Positions 11,590 through 18,948 of a DNA stretch of 64,000 nt are shown here, piece by piece. Within the stretch, counting starts at the first letter, position 1. Every line of letters begins with the position of its first letter. Source of the stretch: Phycisphaerae bacterium (GTDB taxonomy: Bacteria > Planctomycetota > Phycisphaerae > UBA1845 > UTPLA1); NCBI GenBank assembly GCA_046350375.1, contig JAXMAO010000008.1, positions 416 through 64,415 of the forward strand. The letters are read 5' to 3'. The translations under genes were made by a program, and so were the position numbers. The notes beneath the pieces are model-generated. The model was not told where the DNA came from and searched no databases. It saw only the letters and a program-made list of their open reading frames with translations.

Positions 11590-12882
11590 TCACAGGCTGC
11601 GCCCCTCGGGATTGGCGAGTTTGAGCGCTTCCTTCAGACCGGCGGCGCCGCCGGACATCTGGACCGACTGCACGCAATTGAGCCCGACCGATCCGCCGGC
11701 CAGCACCTCGGTCTCGCGGTTGTCGGTAATGCCGAGCAGGACGGGGACGGGCGTCCACTGCCCGGAGGTGTATTGCCAGACCAGCCCCTGGACGCGCGGC
11801 AGGGTCTTGCTGGCGGGGGCGGCCTGGCCGGTCGGGGCGTCGTCGCCGGGCGCCTGTGACGCAGCGGGCGGGTCGTCGGATGGTTTCGGCCACGAGAGGT
11901 TTCCGGTCAGCTCGGCGAGCGCTTCGGCCGAGAGCGGCGGGCGGAACCGCAGGGCGGCATTGGCGACCTTGAGGGCCTGGTCGCGCCGCGCGACTTCGAT
12001 GACGACGTTGGCGGTCATGCCGGGCTTGAGGAGGCGCTCGCGGTTGTCGACGTCGATGACGACGGTGTAGGTGACGACGCCCTGGATGGTGGTGGGGTTG
12101 TTGCGGACCTGCGTGAGCGTGCCGGAGAATTCGCGCTGCGGATAGGCGTCGACCGTGAACTGGGCCGACTGGCCGATGCGCACGTTGCCGATGTCGGACT
12201 CGCTGACGTTGGCGTGGACCTGGGTGCGGTCGAGGTCGGGGGCCATGACGAACAGGACGGGGCTGATCATGACGACGGCGACGGTCTGCCCGACGTCGAC
12301 CAGGCGCTGGAGGATGATGCCGTCCATGGGGGCGTAGATAATGGAGCGATCGAGCTTCGTGCGGTTGAGGTCGCGGGCGGCCTCGGCCTGCAGCAGGGAG
12401 GCCTTGAAGCCGTCGAGGCGGGCGACGGCGGCGCGGAGATTCTCGTCGGCGGTGGCCACCTCCTCGGGCGCGGCGGCAGAGCGCTTGGCCATGTCTTCGA
12501 GCCGCTTGACCTGGCGCCGGGCGCGCGACACTTCGACGTCGCCGGCGTTCACCTGGGCCTTGGCGGCCAGGACGTTGGCCTCGCTCTGCTTGAGGTCGGC
12601 CTCGAACAGCTCGGGCCGCAGCCGCGCCAGGGGCTGACCTTTCTTGACGATCGAGTTGAAGTCGGCCATGAGCTCGCCGACGGTGCCGGAGACCTCGCAG
12701 CCGACGTTGACGGTGATGAGCGGCTGAACGCCGCCGGTGGTTTCGACGGTCATGCGCAGGGCGCCGCGCGCCATGGAGACGGTCTTGACGGACATGCGCG
12801 CGCCGCCCGAGACGGTGCGATAGCCCCACACTCCGGCGGCGACGACCACAGCGAGCACAATCAGCCAGGCGAATCGCTTCAT
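11590..12882 (-). CDS. macA: efflux periplasmic adaptor protein (MacA/HlyD family)
   Basis: 430 aa with an N-terminal anchor (MKRFAWLIVLAVVVAAGVWG), a coiled-coil hairpin (LKQSEANVLAAKAQV...RLEDMAKRSAAAPEEV...) and beta-barrel motifs (IYAPMDGIILQRLVDVGQTV). It lies upstream of the ATPase and permease. Confidence 0.88.
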   Translation of the reverse strand: MKRFAWLIVLAVVVAAGVWGYRTVSGGARMSVKTVSMARGALRMTVETTGGVQPLITVNVGCEVSGTVGELMADFNSIVKKGQPLARLRPELFEADLKQSEANVLAAKAQVNAGDVEVSRARRQVKRLEDMAKRSAAAPEEVATADENLRAAVARLDGFKASLLQAEAARDLNRTKLDRSIIYAPMDGIILQRLVDVGQTVAVVMISPVLFVMAPDLDRTQVHANVSESDIGNVRIGQSAQFTVDAYPQREFSGTLTQVRNNPTTIQGVVTYTVVIDVDNRERLLKPGMTANVVIEVARRDQALKVANAALRFRPPLSAEALAELTGNLSWPKPSDDPPAASQAPGDDAPTGQAAPASKTLPRVQGLVWQYTSGQWTPVPVLLGITDNRETEVLAGGSVGLNCVQSVQMSGGAAGLKEALKLANPEGRSL

Positions 12883-12968
12883 TGAGGATGAGTCCCAGGC
12901 GGTCGGCGGCGAGACGCGACGGCGAAGGTCTTATGCTCTTACACGCCGGGCACGGGCCGGGTTGCGGC

Positions 12969-13760
12969 TCAGCCCGAGCCGCGGTCGGCGCGTCGCGCGG
13001 GCGCGTCGACCTGGGCAGTCTTCCGGGGCGCCGCGGCGGGCCCGAGCTCGTCGGGGAGGAAGATCCGCGGGCCGATTTCGTAGTGCATCATGTCTTCGCT
13101 GGTGCCGTCGGTGTGACCGCCGACCCAGCCGTATCGTTCATACTTCGACGACCAGCCGATGTTGACGATCCGCCCGGCGTTGGGGCCGCGGGCGCGCAGG
13201 CCGACGAGCCCAGCCGAGTCGTCGAAGGTGCCGTCGATGGTGCCCAGGGCGCGGACGGCGCCGTTGAGCACCGGGTCGCTGGCGGAGAAGTAGGTGAAGA
13301 TTTTTCCCTTCATTTTGCTGAGGGCGCGCGAGGGGTCGTAGCGGCTGGAGAGGCTGGAGCCGAGCATGACGTAGTTGTTGATCTTGTGGGGCGAACGGAC
13401 GGACTCGATGGCCCAGATTCCGACGCCGGTGCCGGCGGACAGGCCGATGACGTTGACGTTGGCGTCGGGGAAGCGATCGAGGTAGTCGCTGATGATGCCG
13501 CCGAGGCGCTCGCCGCCACCCTTGGCGACGAATCGGAGGGTCTGGTCGAGGGCGGGGTTGAAGGTGAGGGACCAGTGGTAGCTCTGCACCAGCCCCTTGT
13601 AGCCGGCCTTTTCGAGGCCGACGGCGCTTTCGAGCACGCCGAAGCCCCAGTTGCCGGCGCCGTCGATGTACCACGTCCGGCCGAAGCGTTCCTTCGGATC
13701 GTTGCAGCCCGTCATGCCCACCAACACCGGGACCAGGAGAAGCAATACTCGCCGCGTCAT
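12969..13760 (-). CDS. lipoprotein, alpha/beta-hydrolase-like
   Basis: ORF 12969..13826. The internal ATG at 13760 gives MTRRVLLLLVPVLVGMTGC, a lipobox. A GxSxG nucleophile elbow is present (VIGLSAGTGVG). Confidence 0.7.
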   Translation of the reverse strand: MTRRVLLLLVPVLVGMTGCNDPKERFGRTWYIDGAGNWGFGVLESAVGLEKAGYKGLVQSYHWSLTFNPALDQTLRFVAKGGGERLGGIISDYLDRFPDANVNVIGLSAGTGVGIWAIESVRSPHKINNYVMLGSSLSSRYDPSRALSKMKGKIFTYFSASDPVLNGAVRALGTIDGTFDDSAGLVGLRARGPNAGRIVNIGWSSKYERYGWVGGHTDGTSEDMMHYEIGPRIFLPDELGPAAAPRKTAQVDAPARRADRGSG

Positions 13761-13855
13761 CGCCGCCCTCAATGCGAAGTCGTCTTTCGGCGGCGGGAGT
13801 GTAACAGAAACGGCCGGTCGTGCCACGCGGAAAACGGCCCGAACCGCGGGCGGTC

Positions 13856-13897
13856 GCGGCTGGCGGCGCGGCTGGCGGCGCGGCTCGCGGCGCGGCC
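13856..13897. repeat. 12-bp tandem repeat x3.5 (gcggctggcggc) in divergent intergenic region
   Basis: Units at 13856-13867, 13868-13879 and 13880-13891 (1 mismatch), plus a partial unit. It lies between the lipoprotein start (13760) and the tal start (13964). Confidence 0.8.
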
Positions 13898-13963
13898 AAT
13901 CGGCCCATCGCCGCCGGGCCGGATCGCCGGTATTATCTGAACCCGGACGGCACGGAGCGGCAG

Positions 13964-14611
13964 ATGAAGTTCTTTCTGGACACGGCCAACCTCGAGCAGA
14001 TTCGCGCGGCGCGCGATCTGGGGATTCTCGACGGGATCACGACCAACCCGAGCCTGGTGGCGAAGGAAGGTCGCGAGTTCCGCGGGCTGATCGCCGAGAT
14101 CTGCTCACTGGTGCCCGGTCCGGTTTCGGCGGAGGTGGTGTCGACCACGGCCGACGAGATGATGAAAGAGGCGCGCGATCTGGCAAAGATCGCGCCCAAC
14201 GTGGTGGTGAAGCTGCCGACGATCGCCGAGGGGGTGAAGGCGCTGAAGCGCTGCGTGGACGAGGGCATTCGCACCAACCTCACTTTGGTGTTTCAGGCGA
14301 GCCAGGCGCTGATCGTCGCCAAGGTGGGCGCGACGATGTGCTCGCCGTTTCTGGGTCGGCTGGACGACATCGGGCAGCGCGGCATGGCGCTGGTCGAGGA
14401 GATCCGCCAGATCTATCGCAACTACGGACTGCGGACCGAGATTCTCGCCGCCAGTCTGCGACACCCGCTGCACGTCGTCGAGGCCGCCAAGGCCGGCGCC
14501 GACATCGGCACCATGCCCTACGACGTCTTCAAGCGGCTGCTCGACCACCCGCTGACCGACATCGGATTGCGGCGCTTTCTGGACGATTGGGCAAAGCTGA
14601 AGGCCAAGTGA
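13964..14611 (+). CDS. tal: transaldolase / fructose-6-phosphate aldolase (short type 3B)
   Basis: ATG at 13964 inside ORF 13820..14611: MKFFLDTANLEQIRAARDLGILDGITTNPSL...VVVKLPTI.EG..A...TNLTLVFQASQALI...SPFLGRLDDIG. Confidence 0.92.
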   Translation: MKFFLDTANLEQIRAARDLGILDGITTNPSLVAKEGREFRGLIAEICSLVPGPVSAEVVSTTADEMMKEARDLAKIAPNVVVKLPTIAEGVKALKRCVDEGIRTNLTLVFQASQALIVAKVGATMCSPFLGRLDDIGQRGMALVEEIRQIYRNYGLRTEILAASLRHPLHVVEAAKAGADIGTMPYDVFKRLLDHPLTDIGLRRFLDDWAKLKAK

Positions 14612-14616
14612 CCTTG

Positions 14617-15945
14617 ATGCAACACGCTACACACGCACTGCCGGCGGCCTTTGCCGCGCTGGGACTCGATCAACCGATTCTGCAGGCCATTGCCGCGATG
14701 GGGTTTCGCGAGCCGACCGACATTCAGCGCGAGATGCTGCCGCTCGTCCTTCAGGGGCGCGACGTGCTCGGCCAGGCACGGACCGGCACCGGCAAGACGG
14801 CCGCCTTCGGGCTGCCGATCCTGCAGCGGGTCGACCCGTCCGGGCCGCTGCAGGCGCTGGTGATGACGCCGACGCGCGAGCTGGCCGACCAGGTGCTCGA
14901 GCAGTTCGGCCAGTTCATCCGCCATCGGCCGCTGGTGTGCGTTCCGACGATTGGCGGGCGCGACCTGCGTCGGCAGGTGCAGATGTTGTCGACCGCGCAG
15001 GTGGCGGTGGGCACGCCGGGCCGCGTGGAAGACCTGATCGACCGCCGCGCGCTGCGCGTCAGCGAGCTGCGATTCGTCGTGCTCGACGAAGTCGACCGCA
15101 TGCTCGACATCGGCTTCCGCGACGACATCCGGCGCATTCTGAGCCACATTCATCACGTGCACCAGACGATCTTCGTGTCGGCGACGCTGACCGATGAGAT
15201 CAAGCGGCTGGCGCGGCAGTACCTGTACGACCCGGTTGAGGTGAACGTGTCGGGCGATGCGCTGACCGTCGGCTCGGTGGCGCAGTATTACTGCTCGGTC
15301 GAGCCGTGGGACAAGTATCGCCTGTTCCGCCTGCTTTTGGCGCAGGAGCAGCCGCGGCTGATGATCGTCTTCACCAACACCAAGCACGCGGCGCGCAAGC
15401 TGTCGCGCAAGCTGCAGGACGACGGCGTGCCGGCGCGCGAGATTCACGGCGACCTGCACCAGCGCAAGCGCGACACGGTGATGAGCCGGTTCCGCGAGCA
15501 GAAGCTGTCGGTGCTGGTGGCGACCGACCTGGTCTCGCGCGGCATCGACGTGAGCCAGATCACCCACATCGTCAACTACGACGTGCCGCAGGACATCGCG
15601 TCGTACGTGCATCGCATCGGCCGCACGGCCCGCATGGGCGCGCACGGCAAGGCGGTCACCTTTGTCACGCGCGAGCAGGGCAAGCAGCTGACGGCGATCG
15701 AGATGCTCATCAACAAGGAGCTGATGAAGCTCGACGTGGCCGAGTTCCAGCCCAGCCCGCCGCCGCGCGACGGGCGCGGCGGGTTTTCCGGTCACAGTGC
15801 GCCGCGCGGCCACGGGACGAGCCATGGCGCGCCGCACGGCGCAGCGCCCGCTCCGGCCGCGAGCGAGCCGGCGGCGCCCAAGGCACCCGCGCCGGCCATG
15901 CCACGGACGCTGGGGGGCAAGTTCCCGCCGCGCCGGCGACGCTAG
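14617..15945 (+). CDS. DEAD-box ATP-dependent RNA helicase (DEVD variant)
   Basis: ATG at 14617 inside the artefactually long ORF 13651..15945. It has a Q motif (FREPTDIQ), GQARTGTGKTAAF, PTRELA, VLDEVDRMLD, SAT, ARGID and HRIGRTAR, plus a Gly/Pro/Arg-rich tail. Confidence 0.92.
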   Translation: MQHATHALPAAFAALGLDQPILQAIAAMGFREPTDIQREMLPLVLQGRDVLGQARTGTGKTAAFGLPILQRVDPSGPLQALVMTPTRELADQVLEQFGQFIRHRPLVCVPTIGGRDLRRQVQMLSTAQVAVGTPGRVEDLIDRRALRVSELRFVVLDEVDRMLDIGFRDDIRRILSHIHHVHQTIFVSATLTDEIKRLARQYLYDPVEVNVSGDALTVGSVAQYYCSVEPWDKYRLFRLLLAQEQPRLMIVFTNTKHAARKLSRKLQDDGVPAREIHGDLHQRKRDTVMSRFREQKLSVLVATDLVSRGIDVSQITHIVNYDVPQDIASYVHRIGRTARMGAHGKAVTFVTREQGKQLTAIEMLINKELMKLDVAEFQPSPPPRDGRGGFSGHSAPRGHGTSHGAPHGAAPAPAASEPAAPKAPAPAMPRTLGGKFPPRRRR

Positions 15946-16063
15946 CGCGTTTTTTGACGCGCTCATGGCGGCCGCCGGTTGGTCACGCGGTGAAATGGGA
16001 ACACGGGCTGAAAGCCCGTGCCACGCTTAGAGAAGACTCGCGACGCTCGCGTGAAAAACGCGC
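15945..16063 (+). repeat. 119-bp MITE/REP-like structured element, copy 1
   Basis: It starts at the helicase stop codon. Terminal inverted repeats are gcgcgttttttgacgcgc and gcgcgtgaaaaacgcgc. A central hairpin cacgggc-tgaaa-gcccgtg lies at 16003..16021. It is ~85 % identical by eye to 18812..18930. Confidence 0.75.
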
Positions 16064-16090
16064 CAGCGGCGCCGCATTGCGAAGACGCCC

Positions 16091-16750
16091 ATGTCCGCCC
16101 TGCTGCCGAATCGATTCCTGTTTCGCTTCGAGGTGATCGTGCATCGCTGGCGCGGTGCGGTGCGGCTGGACGGCGACCTGGCCAAGTGGGGCGATCGCCA
16201 TCGCCTGCCGCCGCTGCACGAGCTCGACGGCCAGCCCGGCTTCGCCGAGCTGCACCTGGCATGGTGCGACGACGGGCTGCTGCTGGCGGCACGCGTCCGG
16301 GGGAAGCGGCAGGCGCCCAAGTGCGACGCGGTGCGCTTCCGGCAGTCGGACCATGTGCGCCTGATGACCGACATGCGCGACGCGCGCGACATCCGCCGCG
16401 CGACGCGCTACTGCCAGCACTTCTACTTCATGCCGGCGGGCGGCGGAAAGGGCGGGCGCGATCCGCTGGGCGGCGCGGCGCACATCGCCCGCGCGACGGC
16501 CGATGCGCCGCTGGCGCCGGCGGGGTCGATCGCGGTGGCGGCGCGGGCAGCGCGAGACGGCTATGACCTGGAGGCACTGGTGCCGGCGACGGTGCTGTCG
16601 GGGTGGGACCCGGCGGGCAGCCCGCGGATCGGCTTCCTGACGATGGCCGAGAACCACGAGCTGCGGCAGCAGTCGCTAACGGTGGGCGACGACCTGAACT
16701 GGTGGTGCGACCCGAGCACGTGGGTGACGGGGGTGTTGAGCGCGGAATGA
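16091..16750 (+). CDS. hypothetical protein, possibly CBM9/DOMON-like
   Basis: 219-aa ORF with good codon bias. The pattern LDGDLAKWGDRHRLPPLHEL...AELHLAWCDDGLLLAARV resembles carbohydrate-binding family 9-like domains (weak, by eye). Confidence 0.5.
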   Translation: MSALLPNRFLFRFEVIVHRWRGAVRLDGDLAKWGDRHRLPPLHELDGQPGFAELHLAWCDDGLLLAARVRGKRQAPKCDAVRFRQSDHVRLMTDMRDARDIRRATRYCQHFYFMPAGGGKGGRDPLGGAAHIARATADAPLAPAGSIAVAARAARDGYDLEALVPATVLSGWDPAGSPRIGFLTMAENHELRQQSLTVGDDLNWWCDPSTWVTGVLSAE

Positions 16751-16798
16751 CGCGTGACGGCCGGTTGAGGGTGCGGGGGGGGGCTGCGCGAGTCTGCG

Positions 16799-16963
16799 AC
16801 TTCGGGCAAAGAGAATCTTTGCCGTACCGGTTCAACGGGCAAAGAGGATCGTTGGGCACCGTTTCAGTGTGCAAAGAGAATCTTTGCGCTACCGTTTCGG
16901 CGGGCGAAGAGAATCGTTGGCGTACCGTGTGCAGCGCGAAAGCAGAATCTCCGCCCCACCGTC
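16799..16963. repeat. tandem array of five ~33-bp units, each containing a 7-3-7 palindrome (GCAAAGA-GAA-TCTTTGC)
   Basis: Unit cores lie at 16803-16828, 16836-16860, 16869-16893, 16901-16926 and 16933-16960, degenerating rightwards. There are no intervening unique spacers. The array lies between convergent genes 16091..16750 and purH. Confidence 0.85.
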
Positions 16964-16979
16964 CGAGGCGGTCTGGCGA

Positions 16980-18776
16980 TCAGTGCCGGAAGTGCCGCGT
17001 GCCGGTGAAGATCATCGCCAGGCCGCGGGCGTCGCAGGCGGCGATGACCTCGTCGTCGCGCTTGGAGCCGCCGGGCTGGATGAGCGCGGTCACGCCGGCC
17101 TCGGCCAGCAGGTCGGGCCCGTCGCGGAACGGGAAGAAAGCGTCGGACGCGGCCGCCGCGCCGCGCAGCCGCTCGCCGTGGCCGTTGTCGCGCGCCAGCC
17201 AGGTGGCGACGCGGCAGGACATGACGCGCGACATCTGCCCGGCGCCGTTGCCGATGAGCTGCCCGTCGCGGCAGATTGAGATGGCGTTGCTCTTGGTGTG
17301 CTTGGCGACCAGCCAGGCGAGGCGCAGGTCGGCGAGCTCGCGCTCGTCCGGCGGGCGGCGCGAGACGACCTTCCAGCCCGACTCGTCGAGCCCGATCGTG
17401 TCGGCCGACTGTGCCAGCATGCCGCCGGCGATGGAGCGGTAGCGGCGCTCGCGCGGGTCGACGGGCCGATCGAGATCTCCCAGGCCGAGCAGGCGGACGT
17501 TCTGCCCCCACTTCTTGGCGGTGCGGATGAGCTGCTCGGCGTCGGCGTCGAAGTGCGGCGCGAGCCAGACCTCGACGAAGAAACCGCCCGCGCCGGCCGA
17601 CTTGCCGATCCGGTCGTAGGTGGTCATGACCTGTTCGGCGAAATCGCGCGTCACGGCAAAGTTGACGGCGAGGATGCCGCCCATGGCGGCGTTGGGGTCG
17701 CACAGATAGGCGCGTTCGTAGGCGGTGAGCGGATTGCCGGCAACGCCGACGCCGCAGGGGTTGGTGTGTTTGACGAACACGGCGGCGTGGACGAGCGGGC
17801 CGGTCGAGGGCGGCGATGGGGCAGAGAGAGTCTTTGCCCTACCGGTCGCGGCGCGCGAGAGTTCGGCGCACAGACCCAGGGCGGCGTCGGCGTCGAGGTA
17901 GTTATTGTAGGACATCTCCGCATCGACGGCGGGCGGATGAGCGGGCGCGGGCGCGTGTTTCGGCACCAGAGGCGGACGAGGTGCGTCCGACGAGACCAGG
18001 CTCGGTCCGGTACGCACCGCCGAGCTGCGGTACAGCGCCCCCTGCTGATGAGGATTCTCGCCGTAGCGGCAAGTCTGCGCGAGAAACAGCCCCAGGCCGT
18101 CGGCGGTCGGGAATTCGCCGTCGCAGGCCTGGCCGAACAACGCGCCGGTCTCGCGCGCCAAGTGCAATTGAAGATACTGAGAGACCGATCTGTCGTATCC
18201 GCTCGCATGACGAAACGTGATTTCGGCGAACGTGCGCCGGACGGCCCGTGATTCGACCTCGGTCAGACGCAGCTCCGGCTCGCGCGCGCGCAGCAGACCG
18301 AGCAGCTCGTCGCACAGACGCGGCTCGCACACCGGCCAGACGTGGGCAAAGTTTTTCGCCGCCGCGCGGAGCAGGCAGGGCCCGCCGATGTCGATCATCT
18401 CGATGGCCTTTTCGATCGTGCACTGCGGGTCGGCGACCGTCTGCGCGAACGGGTAGAGGTTGACCACCACCAGGTCGATGGGCTCGATCTGCTGCTCGGC
18501 GAGCTGGCGCATGTGCTCGGGGTTGTCGCGGTCGGCCAAAATGGCGGCGTGGATGCGCGGGTGGAGCGTCTTGACGCGGCCGTCGAGCATCTCGGGAAAG
18601 CCCGTCACCTGCTCGACCGGCGTGACGGGCACGCCGGCGTCGCGGAGCTTGCGGGCCGTGCCGCCGGTGGAGATGATCTCGACGGCGAATTCGTCCACCA
18701 GGGCGCGGGCGAACTCGACGATGCCGGTCTTGTCGTAGACGGCGATGAGGGCACGGCGGATGGGGCGAGTGGTCAT
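16980..18776 (-). CDS. purH: bifunctional AICAR transformylase / IMP cyclohydrolase PurH (with lineage-specific insertions)
   Basis: ORF 16980..18824; the likely start MTTRPIRRALIAVYDKTG is at 18776. It has GGTA..L...G, VKTLHP.IH, VVVNLYPF, RYGENPHQ, SYNN, KH.NPCG and GAGQMSRV, and ends in FTGTRHFRH. Confidence 0.93.
   Translation of the reverse strand: MTTRPIRRALIAVYDKTGIVEFARALVDEFAVEIISTGGTARKLRDAGVPVTPVEQVTGFPEMLDGRVKTLHPRIHAAILADRDNPEHMRQLAEQQIEPIDLVVVNLYPFAQTVADPQCTIEKAIEMIDIGGPCLLRAAAKNFAHVWPVCEPRLCDELLGLLRAREPELRLTEVESRAVRRTFAEITFRHASGYDRSVSQYLQLHLARETGALFGQACDGEFPTADGLGLFLAQTCRYGENPHQQGALYRSSAVRTGPSLVSSDAPRPPLVPKHAPAPAHPPAVDAEMSYNNYLDADAALGLCAELSRAATGRAKTLSAPSPPSTGPLVHAAVFVKHTNPCGVGVAGNPLTAYERAYLCDPNAAMGGILAVNFAVTRDFAEQVMTTYDRIGKSAGAGGFFVEVWLAPHFDADAEQLIRTAKKWGQNVRLLGLGDLDRPVDPRERRYRSIAGGMLAQSADTIGLDESGWKVVSRRPPDERELADLRLAWLVAKHTKSNAISICRDGQLIGNGAGQMSRVMSCRVATWLARDNGHGERLRGAAAASDAFFPFRDGPDLLAEAGVTALIQPGGSKRDDEVIAACDARGLAMIFTGTRHFRH
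17818..17847. repeat. solo copy of the 33-bp palindromic unit inside the purH coding sequence
   Basis: ggggcagagagagtctttgccctaccggtc matches unit 1 of the array (cgggcaaagagaatctttgccgtaccggtt) at 26 of 30 positions. On the coding strand it is read as TGRAKTLSAP. Confidence 0.75.
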
Positions 18777-18811
18777 GGGCGCGATCCTCGCTTCAGACCG
18801 GGACGATTCTA

Positions 18812-18930
18812 GCGAGTTTTTCACGCGCTCACGGCGGTTGCCGGCTGGTCATGCGGTGAAGTGCGGACACGGGCTGAAAGCCCGTGCCACCCAGCAGAGA
18901 GGACTCGCGACGCTCGAGAGACAAACGCGC
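18812..18930 (+). repeat. 119-bp MITE/REP-like structured element, copy 2
   Basis: It is collinear with 15945..16063 and has the same central hairpin cacgggctgaaagcccgtg. The right terminal repeat is degenerate. It lies between the purH start and the end of the upstream propeller gene. Confidence 0.75.
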
Positions 18931-18948
18931 GGGTGAATCGCGGGCGGG

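Noticed and set aside
13651-14616. N-terminal 320 codons of the 764-aa ORF 13651..15945
   Set aside because: This stretch overlaps the lipoprotein gene (antisense) and the tal gene (other frame). Helicase motifs begin only after the ATG at 14617, which follows the tal stop by 5 nt.
16774-16782. G9 homopolymer as a phase-variation switch
   Set aside because: It lies 24 nt downstream of the stop of gene 16091..16750 and outside any coding frame or recognisable promoter spacer. It is more likely part of the repeat-rich terminator region, or an error-prone tract.
16799-16963. Possible CRISPR array (regularly spaced palindromic repeats)
   Set aside because: The units are directly adjacent with a 33-bp period, so there are no unique spacers. 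They decay progressively, and there are no cas genes in the window. It is treated as a tandem repeat instead.
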